Made by a program: the position numbers and the translations under genes. The notes below the pieces were generated by a model. That model saw only the letters and a program-made list of their open reading frames with translations. It made no database searches and was not told the DNA's origin. 64,000 nt of DNA from Fibrobacteria bacterium (GTDB lineage Bacteria > Fibrobacterota > Chitinivibrionia > Chitinivibrionales > FEN-1185), in the NCBI GenBank assembly GCA_037447435.1, contig JBBIGR010000005.1, forward strand, positions 64,001 through 128,000, given 5' to 3'. This document shows, piece by piece, positions 30,155 to 40,174 of the stretch; the first letter of the stretch is position 1, and every line of letters starts with the position of its first letter.

Positions 30155-30178
30155 AAAAAAGATGCTTTGGGGAACAAT

Positions 30179-30847
30179 ATGGAAACAATGGATTTTGCCG
30201 ATGAACCAAAAGTAGTTTCGTGGAAACAGACGGTCGAAAATGCCGGCTGCACGATACAAAACCTCCAGGCAATTTCCCTGCTTCATAAAAAATCGGGAGA
30301 ATTGCTATTTGCTTTATGCAATGCGAAAGTTGTGGACCCGTCTGGTACCACGCTACCGGGTTATATTTTTATCCGAGGAAGCGCCTGCATAATTGTACCC
30401 TTAATACGGAACTCCGACACTAAGGAAGAGCGGTTTTGTATGATATTGCAACGCAGAATCGGAAACGGAGCCGAAAACCTCGAATTCCCGGCAGGTATGC
30501 TTGACAGAAGAATCGATGCGGTCGAACAAGTGGCAATAAGCGAACTGCGGGAAGAAACAGGGCTTAAAATCCAGGCGCAGGACCTTCGGCCGCTCCATGA
30601 TGGTCCGTTGTATAGTTCCCCTGGGGCAAGCGACGAAGGCATTTTTTATTTTGGGTGTATTATCACTTTGAATAATTCTGAATTTAAATCGTTGGAAGGT
30701 AAACGGTGCGGTAATAAATCGGAAAATGAAAAGATCATAGTAACATTGTGCACACCGGAAGAAGCAGAAACAAAAACCGTATCATTGCAAGCTCGTTTAG
30801 GCCTTTGTCTTTTTACCGAATATCTAAGAAAGACCCGACGGGTTTAG
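30179..30847 (+). CDS. Nudix hydrolase (ADP-sugar/ADP-ribose pyrophosphatase-like)
   Basis: EFPAGMLD...AISELREETGL Nudix box; SPGASDE. Confidence 0.88.
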   Translation: METMDFADEPKVVSWKQTVENAGCTIQNLQAISLLHKKSGELLFALCNAKVVDPSGTTLPGYIFIRGSACIIVPLIRNSDTKEERFCMILQRRIGNGAENLEFPAGMLDRRIDAVEQVAISELREETGLKIQAQDLRPLHDGPLYSSPGASDEGIFYFGCIITLNNSEFKSLEGKRCGNKSENEKIIVTLCTPEEAETKTVSLQARLGLCLFTEYLRKTRRV

Positions 30848-30906
30848 TCGGCTAATACTCTGTAAACCTCGGAAATATTAAATCATGGTTACACGGTAGA
30901 ATTCTC

Positions 30907-32460
30907 ATGAAAATAATAACTGGGAAAGAATTCATTACAACGCAATGTGGAGAATTACTCTCCGACGAGTCGCGATTTTCACTTGGTGTTCCGGAACAAG
31001 TCTGTTTTCCTGAAACCCTTGAAGATATCAGGAACATTGTTTTTCAAGCCAAGTTACAGGGAATTCCACTTTCCCTTATCGGCGGTAAAACCGGAATTAC
31101 GGGTGGAAGCGTTCCAATTGATGACTGTATAGCAATCAGTTTTTCGGAAATGTCTGCTATTAAATATGTTCTCCCGTTGCCCGACGGAAGCCCAATGCTT
31201 GTTTGTGAACCGGGAATTTCCCTGAATACAATAGATATTTTTTGCCAAAATCCAACAAAATGGCCCACAAAGGTTCAGGGTATTGAACGGCTTCTGCATA
31301 AGGCCTATATTTACACCCCTGATCCTACAGAAATGTCTGCACAACTCGGAGGGACGGTAGCAACAAACGCCTCCGGCGCACGATCGTACAAATACGGTTC
31401 GACTCGTGGGTTTATTGAAGAATTATCTCTTGTATTTTCGACCGGAGATACGATGACTCTTCGGCGTGGAACAAACATCGAAAAGAACGGTTTATTTACA
31501 TTTACAACCGATCAAGGAAACAATTATTCAATAAAAAAACCTGAATACAAATTTTTTGAACTAAAAAATGCAAGCGGTTATTTTAGCGACAAAAATATGG
31601 ACTTGATCGATTTATTTATCGGCTCAGAAGGAACATTGGCAATTTTTTACTCAATCGGAATCAGGCTCATTCCCAAACCAACGATTGTATCGGGTCTAAG
31701 TTTCTTTCCCGATTCTCAAAGCGCTTTTGCAGCCGCGGCTTTTTTCCGATCACAACCTCCTATAGCAGCCATAGAATATTTCGACTCAAGCGCGCTTTCG
31801 ATTCTAGAGAACTCAAGCGATGCAATGTCACTCGACCTCCCCCGTATTCCAACGGGAAAAACCGCGGCAATATACTGGGAGTTTACCGAAGAAAACTCCA
31901 TCACCTTCGAGTCATCTATAGACCTCTGGGAATCGATGTTGGTTCGGTTCGGATCGTCGATCGAATTGACCTGGAGCGGATTTACGGAAAATGAAATTCA
32001 AACGCTTAAAACATTTAGGCATGCCGTTCCAGAGGCAATCAATGCGAGGATCGCTACATACAAACGAGATTACCCGAATATTCGGAAAATTTCAACCGAT
32101 TCAGCATTGCCTCCCCCCCATTTTGATTCCATAATGTCCCAATGGATTACGATAATAAAACAATCGGGGATCGAATATGCGATATTCGGCCATCTTGGCG
32201 ATTTTCATCTCCACATCAACTTGATTCCTCATAATCAAGAAGAATTCGATTTGGCCCAACGTATTTACGAACAAATAATGTTTGATACGGTATCCTGTGG
32301 CGGAACGATTTCGGCAGAACACGGTATCGGAAAAATTAAAACCCGTTATTTATTGAAAATGTATGGTACTGACGCAATAAACGATATGAAACGAATCAAA
32401 ACCCAGGTTGATGAAAAATGGCTTTTAAATCGAGGTAATTTGTTCACTTCAGATAAATAA
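30907..32460 (+). CDS. FAD-linked oxidase (GlcD / D-2-hydroxyacid dehydrogenase family)
   Basis: GGKTGITGG, PDP, GGTVATNASG, GSEGTL, GHLGDFHLH, SAEHGIG. Confidence 0.9.
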   Translation: MKIITGKEFITTQCGELLSDESRFSLGVPEQVCFPETLEDIRNIVFQAKLQGIPLSLIGGKTGITGGSVPIDDCIAISFSEMSAIKYVLPLPDGSPMLVCEPGISLNTIDIFCQNPTKWPTKVQGIERLLHKAYIYTPDPTEMSAQLGGTVATNASGARSYKYGSTRGFIEELSLVFSTGDTMTLRRGTNIEKNGLFTFTTDQGNNYSIKKPEYKFFELKNASGYFSDKNMDLIDLFIGSEGTLAIFYSIGIRLIPKPTIVSGLSFFPDSQSAFAAAAFFRSQPPIAAIEYFDSSALSILENSSDAMSLDLPRIPTGKTAAIYWEFTEENSITFESSIDLWESMLVRFGSSIELTWSGFTENEIQTLKTFRHAVPEAINARIATYKRDYPNIRKISTDSALPPPHFDSIMSQWITIIKQSGIEYAIFGHLGDFHLHINLIPHNQEEFDLAQRIYEQIMFDTVSCGGTISAEHGIGKIKTRYLLKMYGTDAINDMKRIKTQVDEKWLLNRGNLFTSDK

Positions 32461-32534
32461 ACGGCCGAAAAAGGATTTGCTCAGATTACGTCGTATTACT
32501 AATGAACTTTGTTCAGGGATATCGGTAGTTGACA

Positions 32535-33560
32535 TCAGATATTCAGAGAACTCTGACTTTTGGGATTCATACAGCATTGAACAACCTTTGTAATAGCAGG
32601 GAAATCCTTTTGTTGTTCAAGAATTTTTAAAAGCCTCAATAATGCCACTGGGATATATTCCTTGTACCAGATTTTACCCTTATGAATTGAGAGTTTTCCG
32701 TAAGCCCCCAGCGCTTGCATGAGCCTTTGAATAGCGCAAATGCGAAACATAGGTGTTGTTAAATCACTTCGTGATGTCGACGAGTAATATGAAAAAAGTT
32801 TTGTTACCTGGGGCGTTGTTAGGAACGGGACATAGGGATCGAACAATAAGGATGCTAAATCATAACCTGCGGGACCCAGGCGAGCGCCTTGAAAATCAAC
32901 AAATCTGACGTTTGATTTGCAAAGTAATATGTTTTCCGACTGAAAATCTCTGTGTATACAGACTTTGGGAAAGGAAGCAGCCTGCAATGCCAACTCCAAT
33001 CTTTCTTTTTCCCATTGATCGGGCAGCACGGAATCGCAGCCAAAAAATTCCTTAACGCAATGATCTGCGAAGTATTGGCTTTCCCATAAAAACATTTCTT
33101 TGTCCATTTCCCTCGACTGTATGATCACAGAATTCGATGGGTCATAAGACTGCCATTGAACCAATGCATCGATAATATTTCTATATACCTTTTCTTTGCT
33201 TTTATTAGTATTTTTTTTGTTTAGACAATATCTTTTTACCGTCATCGCGCCCAAATCTTCCTCGAGGATTAAACCATGTCCGGCATCGAAGGCAAAAACC
33301 TTCGGCAAATAACTCAAGCATTCCGACATGTCACGTTGTACCGATAAAAAACGTTCCCAATCATGGTCGGAACTATCCCAAACGATCAAAACAAACGATC
33401 GCTTATCGGGTATAGATTTGACGCGAAAAAATTGGCGATCTGATCCTGCATATCCCGCATGGGTAATTTTCCATCCGCCGTGTTTTGCAGTAAAACCAGA
33501 AATGTGGTTCTCAAGAAAAGCAATTTGTGCCGGTGTCAATTGAAGGGTTTCAAGTTTCAA
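32535..33560 (-). CDS. amgK: Anomeric MurNAc/GlcNAc kinase (APH-like phosphotransferase)
   Basis: GSDRQFFR, EDLG, HRDFQSENI, VDFQGARLGP.GYDL.SLL.D, QRLMQALGAYG; next to murU-like gene. Confidence 0.85.
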   Translation of the reverse strand: MKLETLQLTPAQIAFLENHISGFTAKHGGWKITHAGYAGSDRQFFRVKSIPDKRSFVLIVWDSSDHDWERFLSVQRDMSECLSYLPKVFAFDAGHGLILEEDLGAMTVKRYCLNKKNTNKSKEKVYRNIIDALVQWQSYDPSNSVIIQSREMDKEMFLWESQYFADHCVKEFFGCDSVLPDQWEKERLELALQAASFPKVCIHRDFQSENILLCKSNVRFVDFQGARLGPAGYDLASLLFDPYVPFLTTPQVTKLFSYYSSTSRSDLTTPMFRICAIQRLMQALGAYGKLSIHKGKIWYKEYIPVALLRLLKILEQQKDFPAITKVVQCCMNPKSQSSLNI

Positions 33561-34497
33561 AATGAATTACTCCAAAGCGAGTTACTAATGCGTTTTCGAT
33601 TTTATTTGTTTGTCTAATCTCTGCATCCGGAAAAACAACTGTGTGCTCCAATAAAATGCCTGGCGGCAATTCGGAAGATTCGACCCAACTGTACGGGCCT
33701 AATTGGTTTTGTTGTGATCTTTGGAAAACTACGGGAAAAGCTTTTTTATTTCGAATATCCGCATATACCATTGAGGTAATCGGCATTTTAATCTTTTCAT
33801 CCAAGAAATCGAAATGTATGCGTGCGAGCGCTCTTGGTGATCCAGTATCTATCCAGTAAACTGGCCCGGCTTCTATTACCGAAACCTTCATTCCCCGATT
33901 TTGCGCACGTTTCCATATTGGAACAATTGAAAAATCGTTGCTATCGATAATCGACAGAAACTCTTTTCTATAGAGTGCCATACCGATAAAATCAGCGCTT
34001 TGAGCTGTTGAAAAATTGATTTTCTCGATGTTCTGTTGCGACCGAGCACAGATATATTCTTTTGTTTCTTTTTCAAAAAAGACGGATCCCGACGCTGCCG
34101 GAGCCACAATAAGCGCCGCCATACTGTCGGATTTTAAAAATTCTTCCGTTATCTTTTTTAAATCTACCGTCGAAATAATATCGACATTTGCGACGCAAAA
34201 GCAGTCGTCGGTCGAAAGAAAATCATTTGCAAAATATAATGCCCCGCCGGTTCCTCGAATGTTGTTTTCTTCATGATACAAGCGTACCGACGAATGATTT
34301 TTTTCAAGATATGCCCGCAGGATTTCATGCTTATAATGAGAATTGCACCCAATAGAAGTAATTCCGTTTGACGATAAAAAATCATGAACGCGGGAAACTA
34401 ACGGAATACCGCATATCGGTACCAACGCTTTGGGGATATGATCGGTTAAAGGCTTTAATCGAGTTCCGAACCCTGCCGCAAGAATGAATCCTATCAC
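33550..34497 (-). CDS. murU: Sugar-phosphate nucleotidyltransferase, MurU-like
   Basis: ILAAGFGTRLKPLT..PKALVP, GTGG, NVD, WIDTG; between namZ and amgK. Confidence 0.78.
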   Translation of the reverse strand: MIGFILAAGFGTRLKPLTDHIPKALVPICGIPLVSRVHDFLSSNGITSIGCNSHYKHEILRAYLEKNHSSVRLYHEENNIRGTGGALYFANDFLSTDDCFCVANVDIISTVDLKKITEEFLKSDSMAALIVAPAASGSVFFEKETKEYICARSQQNIEKINFSTAQSADFIGMALYRKEFLSIIDSNDFSIVPIWKRAQNRGMKVSVIEAGPVYWIDTGSPRALARIHFDFLDEKIKMPITSMVYADIRNKKAFPVVFQRSQQNQLGPYSWVESSELPPGILLEHTVVFPDAEIRQTNKIENALVTRFGVIHFET

Positions 34498-35672
34498 GAC
34501 TTGTTCTCCGGGTATCTGGCTATCTGTTTAAAAGTTTTCAAATAGTCGGTATACGAATCCTGCCAGGCCGATTTTTCAATAGCCAAATCGGCCCCTGATG
34601 AAATAGCGTTTCGCAAGGATTCATCACCGGACAAAATATCAAACGGCATGTGAATCAAGTCATATTCGTACGGAGGTTTTTTAAATTCGAATGCCTTATC
34701 AGCGGTGTTGAAAACCGCTTGTAAAATAGCAGCCGTTACAAATACCGACTCATAGTTGGATGGATCAGTAACATGGAGTTGAATTCCGCGGCAATATGTT
34801 CCTTGCCATTTTTGAAAGGTCGGAATAAAATCATGAGCACGAAAAATTACGCTTCGTAAATTGTATTTTTTTAATTCCGACAGTATTTCTTCTGTTTTAA
34901 AATATGGTGCACCGATTATTTCAAACGGTCGCGTCGTTCCACGCCCCTCAGACATATTGGTCGCTTCAAGCAGGACCATGCCGGGATACACAATCGCCGT
35001 TTCAACGGTAGGCATATTGGGAGACGGTAAAACCCATGGCAATTCCGTATCATGCCACATACTGTTTCTCCACCAATCTTTCATCCAAACAACGTGCAAA
35101 TTCACCGTAGGGTAATACAATTGTTGTAAAAGCAATGCCATTTCTCCTAGTGTCATCCGATGGCATAACGGTATGGGCGCACCGCCGACGAAGGAAAAGT
35201 ACGATGGATTCAACATTGGGCCGTCAAGGGGCATTATTCCGATAGGATTCGGCCTGTCGAGTACCCATATTCCAATACCTGCTTTCTGGCATGCGTCCAT
35301 GCAATTTTTTACCGTCCATATATAGGTATATGGACGCGCACCAACGTCTTGTAAATCAATTACAAAATCGTCTAAAGATGCCAGCGCCTGAGGATTGGGA
35401 GTTCTAGCCGAACCGTATAGGCTATATACAGGAATATGTAAGGTCGGATGCTCTGTGCCTTCCCATTCAACCATATTATCTTGCGTTTGCCCGTACATAC
35501 CGTGCTGTGGGCCAAACAATGCACTTAATTTACACGGGGAACGTAAAAAAACCTCTATTGCATGGGAGTAGTCACTTGCAATTGATGCACTATGACATAA
35601 AAGACCAATCCGCTTGTTGCGAAGCTTTTCCGGAAATGAGTTTGCAATTATGTCAAGGCCAAATCGAGTCAT
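34494..35672 (-). CDS. namZ: Exo-beta-N-acetylmuramidase (DUF1343/GH171)
   Basis: FGPQHG, SLYG, DLQDVGAR.YTY, LDRPNP, PSPNMP, SEGRGTTRPFE. Confidence 0.92.
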   Translation of the reverse strand: MTRFGLDIIANSFPEKLRNKRIGLLCHSASIASDYSHAIEVFLRSPCKLSALFGPQHGMYGQTQDNMVEWEGTEHPTLHIPVYSLYGSARTPNPQALASLDDFVIDLQDVGARPYTYIWTVKNCMDACQKAGIGIWVLDRPNPIGIMPLDGPMLNPSYFSFVGGAPIPLCHRMTLGEMALLLQQLYYPTVNLHVVWMKDWWRNSMWHDTELPWVLPSPNMPTVETAIVYPGMVLLEATNMSEGRGTTRPFEIIGAPYFKTEEILSELKKYNLRSVIFRAHDFIPTFQKWQGTYCRGIQLHVTDPSNYESVFVTAAILQAVFNTADKAFEFKKPPYEYDLIHMPFDILSGDESLRNAISSGADLAIEKSAWQDSYTDYLKTFKQIARYPENKS

Positions 35673-35795
35673 ATTGTTTTTCTTTTGTTTAATACTTTGA
35701 ATGTAAAACCTTGTAATTAAAGACCATTTTGCCGTTAAAGACCGATAACCTCATGATAGTAAAAAATACTTATGTCATTGTATTTAAAAAAGACC

Positions 35796-35849
35796 TTTCA
35801 ATGAAAATTGATATGGATCAAGTTTCATTGAAAATGCCCGAGTTATTTT
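35796..35849 (+). promoter_or_regulatory. FNR/Crp-family box inside a longer palindrome, plus a -10 element
   Basis: TTGAT-ATGG-ATCAA at 35808-35821 within 17-bp arms (1 mismatch); TATTTT at 35844-35849. Confidence 0.7.
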
Positions 35850-35938
35850 ATTTTTCATGCAAATTTAAATACCCGCTTTTTAAAAATGATTTTTGAGGCA
35901 TTATGTATTTTACCACGCCTAGAACATAAGGAGCATAC

Positions 35939-37129
35939 ATGAATATCAGGAAAATAAAAGATTCCGTATTTCAACTTGGCGCTGTGGATTGGGATAGAAG
36001 GCTTTTCGATTCACTTATTCCATTGCCCGACGGGACAAGCTATAACGCATACTTGGTTAAGGGAACCGAAAAAACCGCGCTCGTGGACACTGCTGATCCG
36101 GCAAAAGTCGATATTATTATGGAGCAATTATCCGATGTGGTGAAAATAGATTATATTGTTGCGCAACATGCGGAACAGGATCATTCCGGCTCAATTCCGC
36201 AAGTTCTTGCAAAATATCCTGAAGCGATAATTTTAGCATCTCCCAAATGCAAACCAATGCTTGTTGACCATCTGCATCTGGCCGAAAACAAAATAAGGAC
36301 GGTTGCCGATGGCGAAAAAATATCTTTAGGCTCGCATACTCTCGAATTTATTCATACGCCTTGGGTACATTGGCCTGAAACCATGTGTACGTTTGTTCAC
36401 GAAGAAAAGATCCTGTTTTCTTGTGATTTTTTTGGGGCTCATCTTGCAACTTCAGATTTATTCGCTCAAGATGATGAGAGAGTTTATGAGGCTGCGAAGC
36501 GCTATTATGCGGAAATAATGATGCCTTTTCGAGGAATAATCAGGAAAAATATTGACAAAATATCAAACTTCCCTGTAGAAATTATCTGCCCCAGCCACGG
36601 CCCGGCATACAAACATCCTTCGTTTATCATCAACGCCTATAAAGATTGGATTTCCGAAACGCCGAAAAACAACCTGGTGGTAGCCTATATTTCCATGCAT
36701 AACAGTACTCGTATTCTTGTGGACCATTTGGTAGCATCCTGTGCAAGTAAAGGGGTTTTCGTCCAACAATTCGACCTTTCCGTAACCGACATTGGAAAAC
36801 TTGCTATTGCGCTTGTAGATGCCGCAACGGTAGTGCTTGGAACACCCACCGTTCATGTTGGAGCACATCCGCATGTGCTCAATGCTGCGAATTTAGCCAA
36901 TTCCTTACGGCCGAAATTGAAATTCGCCTCGATAATCGGATCGTATGGCTGGGCAACAAAAGCTGTCGAGCAATTGGCCTCAGCTATAGGAGCGCTAAAG
37001 CTTGAAATTATTCCGCCGGTGCTTTGCAAGGGGATGCCGACACAGCAAGATATCGAAGCAATTGAAAGCCTTGCTCTTGAAATTAGCAAGCGGCATGCAA
37101 CCCTAGCAGGAGTTGTTTCACCGTCTTAA
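35939..37129 (+). CDS. fprA: Flavodiiron protein (FprA, O2/NO reductase)
   Basis: GTSYNAY, HAEQDH, HWPE, SCDFFG, PSHG diiron ligands; flavodoxin domain GSYGW. Confidence 0.95.
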   Translation: MNIRKIKDSVFQLGAVDWDRRLFDSLIPLPDGTSYNAYLVKGTEKTALVDTADPAKVDIIMEQLSDVVKIDYIVAQHAEQDHSGSIPQVLAKYPEAIILASPKCKPMLVDHLHLAENKIRTVADGEKISLGSHTLEFIHTPWVHWPETMCTFVHEEKILFSCDFFGAHLATSDLFAQDDERVYEAAKRYYAEIMMPFRGIIRKNIDKISNFPVEIICPSHGPAYKHPSFIINAYKDWISETPKNNLVVAYISMHNSTRILVDHLVASCASKGVFVQQFDLSVTDIGKLAIALVDAATVVLGTPTVHVGAHPHVLNAANLANSLRPKLKFASIIGSYGWATKAVEQLASAIGALKLEIIPPVLCKGMPTQQDIEAIESLALEISKRHATLAGVVSPS

Positions 37130-37247
37130 ATGTTTGTAAAGTGTATTTTTTCATCTAGCCCTTTTAATTGAGCGGTCAAAAATATATTTTAAATTATCTA
37201 TTTTATAAAATATGAAGCGTTTGTTTTACCGTTTTTTGAGAGGAACT

Positions 37248-38156
37248 ATGAAAAATTCCGTAATTATTTTTGCCGCTATTGCAGCATTTTTTATGTCTGT
37301 GAAAGCAGAAACGCATATTTCGGGCGATATCCGGGCCGCATCCCTTGACGCAAGCGGGAATCCTTATATCGTTGATCAAGACATTGTCGTTCCGGCGGGA
37401 AAAAGATTGACCATTAAAGAAGGATGCGTTTTTTTATTCAAAGGATTCACCGGAATAAACGTTTCCGGACATATCACCGTAGCCGGCACCACTAAGCAAC
37501 CGGTAATTTTCACTTCTATCAACGACGGCGATTACAATACAAAAAGCGAACAATTGCCAAACCCCTTTGATTGGAACGGAATTTTAATTGCCAAAGAATC
37601 AAATGGTGCGGTATTGCAAAATTTTCAATTACGCTATTCCGTGTATGGGGTAAAATCGCAAACCACCAATGTATCCATTCAAAGCGGCATTTTCCGGCAA
37701 AACGGCCAGTTTCACTTTACAATCAACGATAAAATCCAATATGTTCAGGACAATATCTCATTTTCCTACACCGGAGCCGCTGAAGCAACAGCAGGCCAGC
37801 AGGTTGCAACAAAAAATGGCGAAGGAACCACTGCAAGTCAGACAACCGCCGCAAGCACATCTGGAAAACAGCCGGCAAGCTCGGGAAAACTTTGGTTTCG
37901 ATATTCTTCCCTCGGGGTTGGCGTCATTGGCGTCGTTGTTGGTTCAGTGTATCTTGCTTTATGGTTACCTAAATACGATGACTTACATCTTTCAACGCAA
38001 AATTTCCAGGCCAAGTACCATGTAAATGAAACCCAGTATAACGCAAAGTGGAACGATGTTAAAAATCAGGCGAACGGGTATGCTGTGGGTACGTGGATCG
38101 GCTATGGATTGGGCGTACTTGGCCTAACGGGTTTTACATTGACCTTTGTGTATTAA
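37248..38156 (+). CDS. Hypothetical exported protein (beta-helix-like N-domain, Thr/Ala linker, Gly-rich hydrophobic C-terminal hairpin)
   Basis: GAGAGGA RBS; signal peptide ending VKA; NPYIV..DIVV..G..LTI..G, PVIFTS, DWNGI pattern. Confidence 0.6.
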   Translation: MKNSVIIFAAIAAFFMSVKAETHISGDIRAASLDASGNPYIVDQDIVVPAGKRLTIKEGCVFLFKGFTGINVSGHITVAGTTKQPVIFTSINDGDYNTKSEQLPNPFDWNGILIAKESNGAVLQNFQLRYSVYGVKSQTTNVSIQSGIFRQNGQFHFTINDKIQYVQDNISFSYTGAAEATAGQQVATKNGEGTTASQTTAASTSGKQPASSGKLWFRYSSLGVGVIGVVVGSVYLALWLPKYDDLHLSTQNFQAKYHVNETQYNAKWNDVKNQANGYAVGTWIGYGLGVLGLTGFTLTFVY

Positions 38157-38172
38157 GCAATCACCACAAGCA

Positions 38173-38203
38173 ACGGCCAATTCCACAGTCTGGAAATGGC
38201 CGT
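38173..38203 (+). terminator. Hairpin, possible terminator
   Basis: ACGGCCAATTCCA-CAGTC-TGGAAATGGCCGT followed by a short T tract, just after the stop at 38156. Confidence 0.4.
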
Positions 38204-38219
38204 TTCAATTGAATTCCAT

Positions 38220-39419
38220 ATGAAAAAACACATCGGGTATATTGAGGGCTATTATGGGCGTTTGTTATCGTGGAGCGACCGCCATGAAATACTCGACGAA
38301 ATGAATTCCTTAAAGCTGAACACCTATCTATATGGTCCTAAAGAGGATCCTTTTCACAGATATCACTGGCAAATTCCTTATCCGACCAAATGGTTATCAG
38401 AATTCAAGGAATTGGTTGCACATGGCAAAAAGAAGGGTATAACAGTCTCGCCATCCCTCTCACCCGGATTATCGTTTGACTATACAAATGACCAAGACTA
38501 TTTAAAATGTTTGACAAAATTCAATGCATTTGCAAAATGCGGCGCTCGCCATTTAACGCTTTTCATGGATGACATTCCGGAAGAATTGCCAAAAAACTGT
38601 GAGTCATCATTTAAATCGCTCGGGGAAGCGCATGGAAGATTGCTTGCACGGCTTCAAAAAGACCTCCGGGAAAAATTCCCCAAGGTTCACCTGTGGTTCT
38701 GCCCAACGGTCTATTGCGACCAATTTGCAAAAACGGAAATAAAGACCAACCTTTATCTTCATGATTTGGCCGCGACAATGCCGAAAAATATTGCACTTTT
38801 GTGGACAGGACCGAAAATAATTTCTCCATTTATAACTAAAAAAAACATTTCGGCCGTTTCCAAGCTTTTCAATGGGAACATAATAATCTGGGACAATTTT
38901 TATGCAAACGATTATTGTCCAAACAGGCTTTTTGTCGGATCATTTACCGGACGCGATAAAACATTACTTTCGGCAATCAACGGACTATGCATTAATCCGA
39001 CGGGATTGCCAAATACCGACAAAATTCTATTAAGGAACCTTTCAAATTTCATTTACCGGAAAAATCATTCGAGTTCAATAAAAACGCCTGAAACCAATAA
39101 AAATCGAATTCCTGCGAAGTTCAAAACTATTTCCAGTTTTTTTTCGTCACCATTTATGCAAATTCAGGACAGCGCACTGTCCAATAAGAAAATAGCTTCC
39201 TATAAGGAAGTACTCCGTTACCTTATTTGGGATTGGAAATCACCGTTGCATCGAGAATGGTATCCATACCTTTTTATGTTGGATAGTGACCTGACACTTT
39301 TGGGTAAAATTGGCTCAAAAGAAATATCCGAAACTTGGCTTAGAAAAAAATACTCCCCAGTCATTTCCAAAGTTTTATTAAACCAGATTTCATTAGCAAT
39401 AAGGGCACGCCGGACATGA
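38220..39419 (+). CDS. GH84 beta-N-acetylglucosaminidase (O-GlcNAcase-like)
   Basis: GYIEGYYG, YGPKEDPFHR, catalytic MDD, CPTVY, WTG, IWDN. Confidence 0.9.
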   Translation: MKKHIGYIEGYYGRLLSWSDRHEILDEMNSLKLNTYLYGPKEDPFHRYHWQIPYPTKWLSEFKELVAHGKKKGITVSPSLSPGLSFDYTNDQDYLKCLTKFNAFAKCGARHLTLFMDDIPEELPKNCESSFKSLGEAHGRLLARLQKDLREKFPKVHLWFCPTVYCDQFAKTEIKTNLYLHDLAATMPKNIALLWTGPKIISPFITKKNISAVSKLFNGNIIIWDNFYANDYCPNRLFVGSFTGRDKTLLSAINGLCINPTGLPNTDKILLRNLSNFIYRKNHSSSIKTPETNKNRIPAKFKTISSFFSSPFMQIQDSALSNKKIASYKEVLRYLIWDWKSPLHREWYPYLFMLDSDLTLLGKIGSKEISETWLRKKYSPVISKVLLNQISLAIRARRT

Positions 39420-40162
39420 AGCAGGAATATGCCTGCCAGCAAATCGAGCTTGATTTATTGCCTCCTATAACCTTCGAGGTTTTACTCCAATCCCGAAACA
39501 TCGACAATGTCGGCGTAATCATAAGCAGCCGGCTTCGCCGAAGTTGGTATGGCAAGTGGGAAAGGTATTCCAATTCCCTGATTCTTACAGTGCCTAAAAT
39601 TGCCGAAAGTGCTCCAGGGGACGTTAAAAACGCTTTGGTAGACTGGGTCTTGCTTCTTGGCAACACACATCAAAACCGTCGGGAAAAGAAATTAGAAAAG
39701 AAGAAATTAGAACAATTTATTTTTAGTTATTTCAAAGATACAGGTTTGGCGCAACCTCGTAAGTCACGGTTTAACCCAGCAACATTTGTCACACAAGGCC
39801 GGGTTTACGATTTACGAGAGGTGTTCAATCGTGTGAACAAAGAGTATTTTAAAGATGAAATTCAATCGTATGTCCGATGGGGTAAAAATCGATACCGTTC
39901 ATATCAAATGTACCAGCATGATTGGCAAGGGAACCGCTTTAGTCTAATAACCATTGCATCCATATATAATAAGCGGTTTGTCCCGGATTATGCAATTGAT
40001 GGCATTATGTATCATGAAATGCTGCACATCGCAGTGCCACCGGTTAAACGTGGCTTCCGCAATATCATTCATGGTGCGGAATTTAAGAGCCGTGAACGTG
40101 ATTTCCGTTTTTATCGGGAATGGACAACCTGGGAAAAGTCAACACATCATCGTTTCTTTTAA
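39416..40162 (+). CDS. Zinc metallopeptidase-like protein (SprT/YgjP-like)
   Basis: YDLREVF..VN..YF, MYHEMLH (HExxH), HGAEF. Confidence 0.75.
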   Translation: MKQEYACQQIELDLLPPITFEVLLQSRNIDNVGVIISSRLRRSWYGKWERYSNSLILTVPKIAESAPGDVKNALVDWVLLLGNTHQNRREKKLEKKKLEQFIFSYFKDTGLAQPRKSRFNPATFVTQGRVYDLREVFNRVNKEYFKDEIQSYVRWGKNRYRSYQMYQHDWQGNRFSLITIASIYNKRFVPDYAIDGIMYHEMLHIAVPPVKRGFRNIIHGAEFKSRERDFRFYREWTTWEKSTHHRFF

Positions 40163-40174
40163 AGGAATAGACAA

